Below, in pieces: positions 30,244 to 39,413 of a stretch of DNA of 64,000 nt. Within the stretch, counting starts at the first letter, position 1, and each line of letters starts with the position of its first letter. The stretch covers positions 1-64,000 of IMG/VR virus record IMGVR_UViG_2585428004_000001. One strand, given 5' to 3'. The notes under the pieces were generated by a model, which worked only from the letters and a program-made list of their open reading frames with translations, made no database searches and was not told the DNA's origin. The position numbers and the translations under genes are program-made. The stretch comes from a virus (taxonomy: Duplodnaviria > Caudoviricetes).

Positions 30244-30278
30244 AGACCATTATATCAGATAGAGGAGAGATTTCAAAT

Positions 30279-30665
30279 ATGTTTAGCTTATTTAAAAAGA
30301 AAGTAGATAAAGTTGTATGTAGTCACAAATGGCATCACTTGCAAGATACTTATATATCCGCCAATCATATGTGCGATGTTGACGATGCATGTTATATCTT
30401 CTGCTCAAAATGTGAAATGCAGAAACTTGTAATAGATTCAGAATGGGAAAGAATCAAGAAGATGCAAGAGATAATTGATGATGAAAAGCCTCGATATAAG
30501 TTTGTCTTAAAGATTACTGATTCCAAAACTGGCAATGGTAGCATCGTGATTGTAAAGGGTAATGATATAAAGAAAGTTAATAAGTCTACGGTCATCATTG
30601 ATGAAGTGGAGATGGCGTTTGGAGTCTTTGAATATATCGCAGAAATCAACGCTTATTCAATTTAG
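30279..30665 (+). CDS. Hypothetical protein (CxH..CxxC zinc motif)
   Basis: RBS GAGGAG before ATG 30279. Confidence 0.65.
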   Translation: MFSLFKKKVDKVVCSHKWHHLQDTYISANHMCDVDDACYIFCSKCEMQKLVIDSEWERIKKMQEIIDDEKPRYKFVLKITDSKTGNGSIVIVKGNDIKKVNKSTVIIDEVEMAFGVFEYIAEINAYSI

Positions 30666-30677
30666 GAGGAGATTATA

Positions 30678-30836
30678 TTGTTCACTAAAATATTAGTATT
30701 CTTAATTATTTATCTAGTAATAGGGTTCGGTTGGAATTATGCCGAGAAGATTTTTTATGGGAAAGCAACTCCGAAGCTTATAGACGATGTCATAGCCATC
30801 ATTCTAACCATATCGATTTACAACAATATCTATTAA
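30678..30836 (+). CDS. Small membrane protein (52 aa)
   Basis: RBS AGGAG; MFTKILVFLIIYLVIGFGW... Confidence 0.6.
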   Translation: MFTKILVFLIIYLVIGFGWNYAEKIFYGKATPKLIDDVIAIILTISIYNNIY

Positions 30837-30876
30837 TAAAACCACTCTTTTAATAACTATTAGGAGGAAGTCCAAG

Positions 30877-31092
30877 ATGAGAAAACGACAAATAAAGAAG
30901 AGAGATAATAAGCTGTTTATCGCTATAAGGGAGCTTAACGATGATTTATCAAGAGACTTTGGTTTATCGACAATACCAGATGATGAGGTCTTGAAGATTC
31001 GTGACAAAATCAAGAAAAGTCCAGATAAAGTGAATGGTACTTTTAGGGATTATGGGAAACTTAGGAGGTTTAACCGTGGGTGTAATTGGTGA
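30877..31092 (+). CDS. Hypothetical protein
   Basis: RBS AGGAGG. Confidence 0.65.
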   Translation: MRKRQIKKRDNKLFIAIRELNDDLSRDFGLSTIPDDEVLKIRDKIKKSPDKVNGTFRDYGKLRRFNRGCNW

Positions 31093-31351
31093 GATTTTCG
31101 AAATACTAGGAACAAATGCTAACAACATTTCTTTGGCAATTGGAGTAACAAGGCATACTGTATATGACTGGATGAAGGGAAGAAGAAAGATACCTTCTGA
31201 AAGAGTTAAGCAACTTAGTGAATTACTTAAAGTGCCTCATTATCTATTTGAAAAAGAAGGAGAACTGGATAGGTCTGAAAAGCTACTCCTTCTGGAAGTC
31301 TATGCAACATCAATACTAGGAGAAGAAGCATCTGTTAGATTAAAACGTTAG
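31076..31351 (+). CDS. Cro/XRE-like HTH protein
   Basis: ISLAIGVTRHTVYDWMKGRRKIP; RBS AGGAGG before GTG. Confidence 0.8.
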   Translation: MGVIGEIFEILGTNANNISLAIGVTRHTVYDWMKGRRKIPSERVKQLSELLKVPHYLFEKEGELDRSEKLLLLEVYATSILGEEASVRLKR

Positions 31352-31362
31352 GAGGAATAACC

Positions 31363-31557
31363 GTGAGCAAAGATACTAAGATATTAATCAAATTATTCAT
31401 AGGATACACAGTGTTCACTGCACTAATCTCTTATGGAGACCTGTACTTCAATGAGTCACACAAATTCAATTACTACAATCTAGGAATACCATTCTGGTGT
31501 ACGCCATGGATGTTTATCATAGGCAAGAAGTTTAATATGTTCGAAGGAGATGAGTGA
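31363..31557 (+). CDS. Small membrane protein
   Basis: Two hydrophobic segments; RBS present. Confidence 0.65.
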   Translation: MSKDTKILIKLFIGYTVFTALISYGDLYFNESHKFNYYNLGIPFWCTPWMFIIGKKFNMFEGDE

Positions 31558-31808
31558 GCATGAAGAAGTTATTAATCATACTGTCTCTTATGTTAGTTAC
31601 AGTAGGATGTGAAAGCAAAGATACTCCACAAGATATAAAGAAAACAGATAGTAGCAACGATGAGGATATCAAAGTGTTCATCGACAAGGAGACTGGTTGC
31701 GAGTATTTATATCGAAATAAAACACATGGATATGCAGGAACTGGTGGAATGACAGTTCGTTTAGATGGAAACAAACAGCCTAAAGGTTGTAAGAACTTAA
31801 ATCAATAG
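31554..31808 (+). CDS. Lipoprotein (DUF6440-like)
   Basis: Lipobox TVGC; DKETGCEYL...GGMT.RLD. Confidence 0.75.
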   Translation: MSMKKLLIILSLMLVTVGCESKDTPQDIKKTDSSNDEDIKVFIDKETGCEYLYRNKTHGYAGTGGMTVRLDGNKQPKGCKNLNQ

Positions 31809-31816
31809 GAGGAATT

Positions 31817-32152
31817 ATGATGATTTATTGTAATCTTTATAACACTAAATGCCATGTTGAAGAAACAAATGCAGATGAATATCCAACCCCATGCCACTGG
31901 TGCAACAGTGGTAAAGGAAAATCATATAAAGAGCATTTTGTAGAATCTGAAAAACTATTAAAAGAGAAAGCAGATTTAGAGAATGAATGTTTATTGCTAG
32001 GTAAGTACATTGGCTTTTTAAAAAGTGTTATTAAAAGTGGTGAATATTTTGATGAACATAAACATCATTTCGAATGGTTCTGTAGAAAATATCAAGAATC
32101 TACATCGGCAGGAAACGATGTGTTAGTAAATAATAAAAACTACATTTTATGA
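31817..32152 (+). CDS. Hypothetical protein
   Basis: RBS AGGAGG; C-terminus reads through the cassette-like site. Confidence 0.65.
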   Translation: MMIYCNLYNTKCHVEETNADEYPTPCHWCNSGKGKSYKEHFVESEKLLKEKADLENECLLLGKYIGFLKSVIKSGEYFDEHKHHFEWFCRKYQESTSAGNDVLVNNKNYIL

Positions 32153-32166
32153 AGAGGTGAATCGAA

Positions 32167-32313
32167 ATGCCTTATTTGAATGATAAAGGGTATTGTAGGA
32201 AATGCAAAAGAATAACATCTCACAGATTTAGTTTAAAAGTAAAATGTCTTAACTGCAAAACTGAATCTACACAAGAGGAATATCGAAAAGGATTAGAAGA
32301 AAAGAAAGATTGA
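32167..32313 (+). CDS. Small zinc-ribbon protein (48 aa)
   Basis: CRKC...CLNC; RBS GAGGTG. Confidence 0.65.
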   Translation: MPYLNDKGYCRKCKRITSHRFSLKVKCLNCKTESTQEEYRKGLEEKKD

Positions 32314-32345
32314 TAAAATGATTATTTTATGAAGAGGTGAGAAAC

Positions 32346-32492
32346 GTGTACAAAATGATGTTTCATTGGGAGAGACAAGATAAAAAAGGTAAATTCACTG
32401 TCGAAGCTTTGACTGTGGAAGATTGTATTGAAAGTGCAGAAAAAGAGATTCAAGCATTTGAAGCAGAGATGGTAGATTGGTATGTTGTCTAG
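32346..32492 (+). CDS. Small hypothetical protein (48 aa)
   Basis: RBS GAGGTG; GTG start. Confidence 0.6.
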   Translation: MYKMMFHWERQDKKGKFTVEALTVEDCIESAEKEIQAFEAEMVDWYVV

Positions 32493-32526
32493 TTGAATAA
32501 AATAACATTTTATGAGGAGCGATAGC

Positions 32527-32727
32527 GTGGAGACATACGAGTATGCAGGGATATATTTATATCACTATGAATGGTTTCTTATAACCGATGAAAGAAAAGA
32601 TATTGAGAGACTAGGAGGCAAATCGGAGTTTATGGGTGTTTTAAATAAGTTGGGTAGAGAAGGATGGAGGCTCTCTATAAAGGTATCTGATGAGCATTAT
32701 GTATTGATTAGAAAGGTAATGAAATAA
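32527..32727 (+). CDS. Small hypothetical protein
   Basis: LNKLGREGW motif; RBS GAGGAG. Confidence 0.65.
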   Translation: METYEYAGIYLYHYEWFLITDERKDIERLGGKSEFMGVLNKLGREGWRLSIKVSDEHYVLIRKVMK

Positions 32728-32747
32728 CATTCTTACAAGGTGATAAC

Positions 32748-32936
32748 ATGGAAGATATCGAGCGAAAGATATTACAGAAAACAGCAGATATATGGAATAT
32801 GTTTTTAGAGTTAGAGCAAACACATCCTTCTGATATTAATGACTTAGGAAATGCAATTCATGACATTCAGAAGATTATTTCAATAAGAATGGCAAGAAGA
32901 ACAGATTCAGATTTATTTGTGACAATTAAAAAATAA
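32748..32936 (+). CDS. Small hypothetical protein
   Basis: HPSDI..AIH..Q motif; RBS AAGGTG. Confidence 0.65.
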   Translation: MEDIERKILQKTADIWNMFLELEQTHPSDINDLGNAIHDIQKIISIRMARRTDSDLFVTIKK

Positions 32937-32963
32937 TAAATATATATTTTATGAGGTGATAGT

Positions 32964-33157
32964 ATGGCAAAGACAGTAGAGATTATTGGTTTGAAATTTC
33001 ATCATGGCACTTATACAGAGGGAGTAACAAAGGTAAACGATTGACACATCTGCGTTGCGTAGCGAACAAAATGATAATCATGCACGATAAAGAAGGGTAT
33101 GTAATTCGTGAGATATTTCTATCAGAAGGATTTATGGCTTCTGTAACACATTGTTGA
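32964..33157 (+). pseudogene. Decayed small gene between two cassette-like sites
   Basis: RBS and ATG; frame stops after 26 codons; coding-like tail MIIMHDKEGYVIRE...THC ends at the next site. Confidence 0.5.
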
Positions 33158-33184
33158 AACTACATTTTATGAAGGAGCAATATT

Positions 33185-33757
33185 ATGAAAACATTTTTTA
33201 CGAGTGACACACATTTTTGGCATAAGAACATCTTAAACTTCGAAAACAGACCATATTCGTCTGTAGAAGAAATGACAAAAGATATGATTAAGAAATGGAA
33301 CGAGCAAGTTGACGATGAAGATATTATCTATCATTTAGGTGACTTGTGTCTAGGAAACTTTGACCAAACAGTTGATGTTCTAAAGCAACTTAAAGGTAAA
33401 ATCATTTTGATAAAAGGCAACCATGATTATTCAAAGCATTATAAGAAAATCAATGAAATGGGATTATTGCATGAATATCATGAGATTGGAATTACTTTAA
33501 ATTATAACAAACAGCAGATGTGGTTAACTCACTATCCATTTGAGATTGGATTGCGACAACGGAAATGGTCTATTCATGGACACATTCATGGAATGGAGTC
33601 AACTTGGGATAATCAGATTAACGTTGGAGTAGATAGCCCACACTTCAAGCATAAGAAGTTTGGAGAACTAATAGCAATTGAAGAACTGTATGAGTTAATG
33701 GAGGGTCGTTTACCTTCAATAGAAGAAAGATACATGAATCAAAAATGGGATAGATAA
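33185..33757 (+). CDS. Calcineurin-like metallophosphoesterase
   Basis: SDTH, LGD, GNHD, HYP, HGHIH. Confidence 0.92.
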   Translation: MKTFFTSDTHFWHKNILNFENRPYSSVEEMTKDMIKKWNEQVDDEDIIYHLGDLCLGNFDQTVDVLKQLKGKIILIKGNHDYSKHYKKINEMGLLHEYHEIGITLNYNKQQMWLTHYPFEIGLRQRKWSIHGHIHGMESTWDNQINVGVDSPHFKHKKFGELIAIEELYELMEGRLPSIEERYMNQKWDR

Positions 33758-33771
33758 GAGGAGGAATTACT

Positions 33772-34107
33772 GTGTTACAAGTTAATCATCAATACTACTG
33801 TTTAGAAAGTGGATACAATCATGAATCATTTGATTCTTGGCAAGACTTTATCGACACATGGGGAAGCGATGTGGACATGGATTACAACCTATTATTCAGA
33901 TGGGATTGGAAGCCTACTGATGAAATTCAGCCAGAACTTTACCCAGAGCGAGTAGAATTATTCTTCATGCATCAACGAAGAGGAGATTACTCATCTGTAT
34001 TCGTCAAAGTCAGCAAAGCTGATGAAGAGGCTATTCGTAAGTTTATAGCGCCACGATGGGAGCATATGAAGAAGTTGTGGACACCATTTGCAGAGGAGGG
34101 GAAATAA
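33772..34107 (+). CDS. Hypothetical phage protein
   Basis: RBS GAGGAGG; DMDYNLLFRWDW. Confidence 0.7.
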   Translation: MLQVNHQYYCLESGYNHESFDSWQDFIDTWGSDVDMDYNLLFRWDWKPTDEIQPELYPERVELFFMHQRRGDYSSVFVKVSKADEEAIRKFIAPRWEHMKKLWTPFAEEGK

Positions 34108-34109
34108 CG

Positions 34110-34460
34110 ATGGGAGTAGACTACTATTCTTGCGAAGTTTGTAATGATGCATTTTCAGATGCAGGACATTATGGGCATTGCAGTAAATGTGAAGAGAATT
34201 TATGTGGACATTGTTATGATGAGATGCGTAAAAAGTATGGTGAGATTGGTGAGAATCATGAGAAGTCTGGTTTCTTCAGTGAATGTTCACCAAAGTGCTG
34301 TGATGCGTGTAATGGATTAGAAGAAAGAAATAAAAAGATAGATGATGTAAGAGTATTTGTAAGGTGGGTAGCGGAGGATTTACGTGAAAGTAGTCTATCT
34401 ATCGATGATATAGAAGAAATGGCAAAGGATACTCTAACTATTATTGACGAATTAAAGTGA
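34110..34460 (+). CDS. Cys-rich hypothetical protein
   Basis: Four CxxC motifs; RBS GAGGGG. Confidence 0.7.
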   Translation: MGVDYYSCEVCNDAFSDAGHYGHCSKCEENLCGHCYDEMRKKYGEIGENHEKSGFFSECSPKCCDACNGLEERNKKIDDVRVFVRWVAEDLRESSLSIDDIEEMAKDTLTIIDELK

Positions 34461-34545
34461 CAGAGATTGTTATAAACGATAGTCTTCGTACAAATATTGA
34501 AAGGAATTCAGAGGACTATACACTATTACAAGGGAGATACTGTTG

Positions 34546-35259
34546 ATGAGCAAATTAATCGATTTAACTAAAAAGGCAAAGGTTGTCTTAGAGAAGAAAG
34601 AGATTTTTGGTGAGAAAGCGCAAGTTGTATATATTACTGACATTTCAGTTTCTATGAGTAGTCTTTATAGCAACGGAACAGTGCAAGAACTAACTGATAG
34701 ATTACTTGGAATCGGCATGAATTTAGACGTTGATAAGAGTATTGATGTGTTCGCATTTGGAAGGAATGCACATGAGGTTGGCTCTGTGACAGAAGGTAAT
34801 CATCAAGGATTCGTAAACAATGTCTTATTACAGAAAGTGTCTTTAGAAGGCTCAACGAACTATGCAGGAGTAATGGATATGGTTGTTAATAAGTATGGGC
34901 AACCTGTTAAGAAGGGATTGCTATCACGAATTATGGGAAGCAAGCACTCTGAAAAGCCAACTGTACCTACACTAGTATTCTTCATTACAGATGGCGATAA
35001 CTTTGATAAGAGAGAAGCAGAAGAGATTATTCGTAAGTCATCTAATCAAGCAATCTTTTGGCAGTTTGTCGGTATCGGTAGAGCAAGCTTTGACTTCTTA
35101 CAGAAACTCGATGATATGTCTGGGAGATTTTTAGATAATGCTGATTTCTTTAATGTTAATGACCTGCGAAGAATTAGCGATGAGGAGTTCATGGATAGAA
35201 TATTAAATGAGTTCCCAGAGTGGATTAACCAAGTAAGAAACAAAGGCATATTAGAATAG
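34546..35259 (+). CDS. vWA domain protein (Ter-cluster TerF-associated type)
   Basis: DISVSM MIDAS, FITDGD, FWQFVGIG, LDD...R..DNADFF. Confidence 0.85.
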   Translation: MSKLIDLTKKAKVVLEKKEIFGEKAQVVYITDISVSMSSLYSNGTVQELTDRLLGIGMNLDVDKSIDVFAFGRNAHEVGSVTEGNHQGFVNNVLLQKVSLEGSTNYAGVMDMVVNKYGQPVKKGLLSRIMGSKHSEKPTVPTLVFFITDGDNFDKREAEEIIRKSSNQAIFWQFVGIGRASFDFLQKLDDMSGRFLDNADFFNVNDLRRISDEEFMDRILNEFPEWINQVRNKGILE

Positions 35260-35269
35260 GAGGATTAGT

Positions 35270-35428
35270 ATGAATAAAGAGACTTTCAAACAAATATTTA
35301 AAGAATTATTAGAAGATGGAGATATCGCTTTATACGTTGAAAGAGAGGTCGACTACGATTCAATCTCTATAAAAACAGAAGTTCACATCGATGGAGAAAA
35401 GGTTTACGAAAGCAAACAACGTTTATGA
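35270..35428 (+). CDS. Small hypothetical protein
   Basis: RBS AGGAGG; 52 aa. Confidence 0.55.
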   Translation: MNKETFKQIFKELLEDGDIALYVEREVDYDSISIKTEVHIDGEKVYESKQRL

Positions 35429-35437
35429 GGTGATAAT

Positions 35438-35605
35438 ATGCAGTGGGGCGACAAGAATAAACCTAAATACCTAAGTCTTATCTTTGGGAAAGATTGGGAT
35501 AAAGATGATTTCAAATTCTTCTCATTTAGAAAAACACCATTAGGATGGTCAATGAATATTTGGAGATTTGCAATCGACTATGATAATTATAAAAACGTTA
35601 AGTAA
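35438..35605 (+). CDS. Small hypothetical protein
   Basis: RBS GAGGTG; 55 aa. Confidence 0.55.
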   Translation: MQWGDKNKPKYLSLIFGKDWDKDDFKFFSFRKTPLGWSMNIWRFAIDYDNYKNVK

Positions 35606-35615
35606 GAGGTAGCAT

Positions 35616-35770
35616 ATGAAAAAGGAGACAAAGTAGTTTTTAATCTAGGAGGAAACGATACGACAGTATGGACTGTATCCAGTGATGAGTTTGTTATGGA
35701 TTCAGTAATATATGTCTATCTAGATGGTTATAGAGGGGAAGTTAATATTAAATTCTTAAAGAAAGTTTAA
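35616..35770 (+). pseudogene. Small gene frameshifted in an A-run after the ATG
   Basis: One extra A in ATGAAAAAGG restores MKKGDKVVFNLGG...FLKKV. Confidence 0.5.
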
Positions 35771-35779
35771 GGTGGTTAT

Positions 35780-35908
35780 ATGGCACTTAGTATCTATTGT
35801 TCAGAGTGTGATAGACAAGTAGAAATAACAAAGTTCACCGTTTACAAAGAGGGTAGAGACATCTATGTAGAATGTGACTATTGTAACGATAAGGAGGAAG
35901 TAGACTGA
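35780..35908 (+). CDS. Small zinc-ribbon protein
   Basis: CSEC...CDYC; RBS AAGGTGG. Confidence 0.55.
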   Translation: MALSIYCSECDRQVEITKFTVYKEGRDIYVECDYCNDKEEVD

Positions 35909-36129
35909 TGTGTGCATGTGGAGTAGATAAGAGAGTAGGATGGCGACAGTGCTGTAAGTCCCTAAAGCTGAAGCCAGTTGGATATATTCCGAATCTTCCA
36001 TCAAAGAGAAAGAGGTTGATTCAATTAGAGAAATTGATAAAGTCACATATTGACCTAGATGTCCCTGTTCATAAAGCAATAATGGACGAATACAACAGTC
36101 TATGTAGTCAATTGAAAGAGAGGTGCTAA
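35908..36129 (+). CDS. Hypothetical protein
   Basis: RBS AAGGAGG. Confidence 0.6.
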   Translation: MCACGVDKRVGWRQCCKSLKLKPVGYIPNLPSKRKRLIQLEKLIKSHIDLDVPVHKAIMDEYNSLCSQLKERC

Positions 36130-36457
36130 CATGTGGAAATTTGCTGAAGAACATCCAATAATGTTTTTTGTTCTTGCGGTCATTGCAATCAATGGAATAT
36201 GCAGTATCATTCAAAGTTTTTGCAGAATTTTCTATTACTAGAAAGGTGGATTTAGTTGAAACAGATATTTAAAGTAGGGTGCATGGCACTATTCACAGTA
36301 TTAATCGTAAACCTAATCCTACTATGTGGAGTAGCATGGTTTGTAATTTGGTGCTTACAACAAATTGGATTCTAATCATTAAACAAAACCATTGCAATGT
36401 TGCTGATAGTGTGCTAAAATGATACTATCAGCAATTTGTTTATGTAGGTGAAAATAT

Positions 36458-37504
36458 ATGAATGCAGAACAGTTAAAAGCGTATCTTGTAGAAGATGTAG
36501 AAAGAATTGAAAAGTTATTAGAAGCCGTTGGTTGTCATCGTATCTGGCGTAGTGGGGACGAGATTCGTTCAGCACCACCAGAAGGTAATAACCACACTGC
36601 AGTATCTGTAAATGTGGATAGTCTCTATTGTAAGTATTACAGAGAAAGAGAGACATTTCGTGGAGACATATTCAAATTGATTGGATTGTTTCGTAACGAA
36701 GGGTTTAAAGAGTCGTTTAGGTTTACACGTAATCTCTTCAACTTAAGTGGCAAGTTCACCAAGGAGAAAGAGAAGCGTGACCCATTGCAAGCCTTTAAGT
36801 CTATAAGGAAGCAGAGTAAGATAATCACTGACTTCGATGATGTTGAACTAACTAAATATGGGAAAGAGGTATTAGATGGATTCATAATGTTGCCTCATAT
36901 GTCTTTGTTCCACGAAGGGATAACGTTGCAGTCTCAAGAGTTCTACGACGTTTGCTATCATCCACAGGATGGCAGAGTTTGCTTCCCTCATTACCATCCT
37001 TTAGACAAGGAAGCTATTGTCGGCATCACTGGAAGGACTTTGAAGAGCAAGGCAGAGATGGAGGCTTTTAATATCCCTAAATACTTCAACTTCATTAGAA
37101 ACTATAAAAAGTCCTACTCGTTATATGGGTTTAGCCATGCAATCGAAGAGATTGAGAAGGCTAAGATGATTGTAGTTGTAGAAGGAGAGAAGAGTGTTCT
37201 TAAACTGCATTCAATGAAGCAGGGATATGCAGTGTCAGTTGGTTCTCATGAGATATCTCCAGTGCAGGTTAATTTAATCTTAAAGTACACATCCATGGAT
37301 ACTGAGGTAGTCGTCGCTTTTGATAGTGATGTTATGAAGGATGAACAGTATCTTATTAACTGCTGTAAGAAGTTCTCTAAATACAGAAAAACTAGCTACA
37401 TCATGGACAATCCTAACTTCCCAATATTAGGTGAAAAGGATGCGCCTGTCGATGGCGGTGTTAAGAAATGGAATCATCTATTGAAATATCGAAAGGAGGT
37501 TTAA
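36458..37504 (+). CDS. DNA primase (TOPRIM; SPbeta YorJ-like)
   Basis: IVGITGR, PKY, LYG, VVEGEKS, AFDSD. Confidence 0.85.
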   Translation: MNAEQLKAYLVEDVERIEKLLEAVGCHRIWRSGDEIRSAPPEGNNHTAVSVNVDSLYCKYYRERETFRGDIFKLIGLFRNEGFKESFRFTRNLFNLSGKFTKEKEKRDPLQAFKSIRKQSKIITDFDDVELTKYGKEVLDGFIMLPHMSLFHEGITLQSQEFYDVCYHPQDGRVCFPHYHPLDKEAIVGITGRTLKSKAEMEAFNIPKYFNFIRNYKKSYSLYGFSHAIEEIEKAKMIVVVEGEKSVLKLHSMKQGYAVSVGSHEISPVQVNLILKYTSMDTEVVVAFDSDVMKDEQYLINCCKKFSKYRKTSYIMDNPNFPILGEKDAPVDGGVKKWNHLLKYRKEV

Positions 37505-37509
37505 ATAGA

Positions 37510-38364
37510 TTGTTAGAACACACTTTCAAAACTGGCAGAAGATACTTTACAGATGAACAAGGGGAAGTAGTCTTGATTGAATGTGGAAACTGTAAGGATG
37601 TCAAGGGTTTAAACGAGTTTCCCAGACAGTCTACCTGTAAAAAGACAGGTAGAAGGTCGTTTTGTGAAACTTGTCATAAAAATAGGAAAAAGGCTTATTA
37701 TCAAGAAAACAAAGATACTCTCAGATATTACCATGAAAGAAAAGATGATAAAGAGTATATGGACAAGCGAGCGAAGTGGAGAGAGGACAACAAGGAGCAT
37801 CTTTCAAATTACAACAAGCAATATCATAAAGAAAAGAAGGATAAAGTGTCCAAGAGGAAAAGGGATTATTGTAGCAGGGAAGAGGTAAAATCTCATAGAA
37901 CAGAGTATATGAAGCTGTATCGTAAAACAGAAGATGGTAAAGAAGCTTTTAAACGAGGTATGAGTAATAGGAGGATGGCTAAAAACAATACACCTGTAAC
38001 AATTGACTGCATAGTTGCTATTAAGGACTTTAAGAGTTTATTCGGAAATGTATGTTGTTTTACAGGATTAAAGATACTAGAGGAAAGCACTGAGCATATG
38101 CTACCTGTTACTCGTGGAGGTGGCAACACCGAATACAATATTGCTCCATCTGAATTATCTTTGAACAGGTCGAAGAACAATAGAAATATATTCGACTGGA
38201 TAGAGTTACTTGAAGAGGATATTGATTTTTCATTCTTCTATGAAAGTACTATCCCATATCTCGCAGAGAAGATGGGAGTAAGTATAGAGGAGTATGTATT
38301 ATGGTATGAAGAAAGCTATGAAGAGAAATTGGATGTATATCATATGAGCTTGGTAGAGTCGTAA
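37510..38364 (+). CDS. HNH endonuclease (homing type)
   Basis: N-terminal CxxC/CxxC; EHMLPVTRGGGN...N..KNN; RBS AAGGAGG before TTG 37510. Confidence 0.8.
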   Translation: MLEHTFKTGRRYFTDEQGEVVLIECGNCKDVKGLNEFPRQSTCKKTGRRSFCETCHKNRKKAYYQENKDTLRYYHERKDDKEYMDKRAKWREDNKEHLSNYNKQYHKEKKDKVSKRKRDYCSREEVKSHRTEYMKLYRKTEDGKEAFKRGMSNRRMAKNNTPVTIDCIVAIKDFKSLFGNVCCFTGLKILEESTEHMLPVTRGGGNTEYNIAPSELSLNRSKNNRNIFDWIELLEEDIDFSFFYESTIPYLAEKMGVSIEEYVLWYEESYEEKLDVYHMSLVES

Positions 38365-38414
38365 TCTTCTGCCAACAATTATTGTAAAACAAAACCATTA
38401 AAACGAGGTGCGAG

Positions 38415-38621
38415 ATGAACAAAGTTTATATTATTAAATTCCAAATGATATTACCAAATGGGAGCATTGACAAGGAAACCAAAACTAAGTATTTCGAAGA
38501 TAAAGGGGAGTTTATCAAGGAGTACCTTAAATTAAAGAAAGCTTGGTATACCTTGGATTTAACAGTGTACAAGGTAGATAAGGTTACAGAATTTGATATC
38601 GATTCAATTTTAGACTTCTAG
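38415..38621 (+). CDS. Hypothetical protein
   Basis: RBS GAGGTG. Confidence 0.65.
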   Translation: MNKVYIIKFQMILPNGSIDKETKTKYFEDKGEFIKEYLKLKKAWYTLDLTVYKVDKVTEFDIDSILDF

Positions 38622-38785
38622 GAGGATAGGGCATTGACTGAGGACGAGGCATGGGTAAGAAGAACTGAGATTAACAAAAGGTTTAAGAGATATGGAGTAT
38701 CTTTTCAACCAAGAAAACAGATAGACAAGCTTGTGGAGAAGCTTCACAAAGAAGAAGTGCTTGTCAAAAGAAAGAGGTTAGCAAA

Positions 38786-39412
38786 GTGACAAAAGTTTAT
38801 TGGCGTTTTGGCTGTATGGATTCTTCCAAGACAGCACGATTATTAATGGATGCACATGAATATAAACAGCGTGGAGAATTCCCATTGCTATTAAAGCCTG
38901 TGGAGGACACACGTTCATCTAAAGGCACAATTGAAAGTCGAGTAGGGTTGTCTGCTCCATGTATGGATATCGATAAGAGTTTCAACATTCAAGGATATGT
39001 ACATGGGCTATTAAATATGAGAGAGATGATTGCTTGTATCTTCGTTGACGAAGCGCAATTCTTAGCACCATTGCAGGTTGTACAACTTCGTATGATAGCT
39101 GACTTATTCCATATTCCAGTTATCTGTTATGGTCTTAAAACTGATTTCAAAGGGATTATGTTTGAAGGTTCTAAGGCATTGTTTGAACATGCGAATCGAT
39201 TCGAAGAAATTAAGACCATCTGCAGAGAAGAGAACTGTAAGAGTAAAGCGATGTACAACGTTCGATTCTTAGATGGTAAGCCGATGTTTGAAGGTGAAAC
39301 AGTTGTAATTGGTGATACGAAGGAAGAGAAGAACAAGTATTACTATGTACCAAAGTGTTCTAAGCATTTCTTTGAAGACTATATGAAGTTCCATAAATCG
39401 AAGGGAGAATAA
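38786..39412 (+). CDS. tdk: Thymidine kinase
   Basis: GCMDSSKT, IESRVG, FVDEAQF, YGLKTDF. Confidence 0.92.
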   Translation: MTKVYWRFGCMDSSKTARLLMDAHEYKQRGEFPLLLKPVEDTRSSKGTIESRVGLSAPCMDIDKSFNIQGYVHGLLNMREMIACIFVDEAQFLAPLQVVQLRMIADLFHIPVICYGLKTDFKGIMFEGSKALFEHANRFEEIKTICREENCKSKAMYNVRFLDGKPMFEGETVVIGDTKEEKNKYYYVPKCSKHFFEDYMKFHKSKGE

Positions 39413-39413
39413 C

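Larger units (their letters stand above)
32133..33170. repeat. Array of six ATAAAA-N5/6-TTTTAT sites, each separating a single small gene
   Basis: Sites start at 32133, 32313, 32497, 32719, 32936 and 33153; each is followed by an RBS. Confidence 0.75.

Noticed and set aside
30011-30250. 79-aa minus-strand ORF as a protein gene
   Set aside because: Its ATG overlaps the -10 element, there is no RBS, and it crosses a terminator; a structured RNA fits better.
32133-33170. Cassette-like sites as CRISPR repeats or classical attC sites
   Set aside because: The intervening sequences are 180-220-bp coding units; the sites are 17-18 bp, with no RYYYAAC/GTTRRRY ends or long hairpin.
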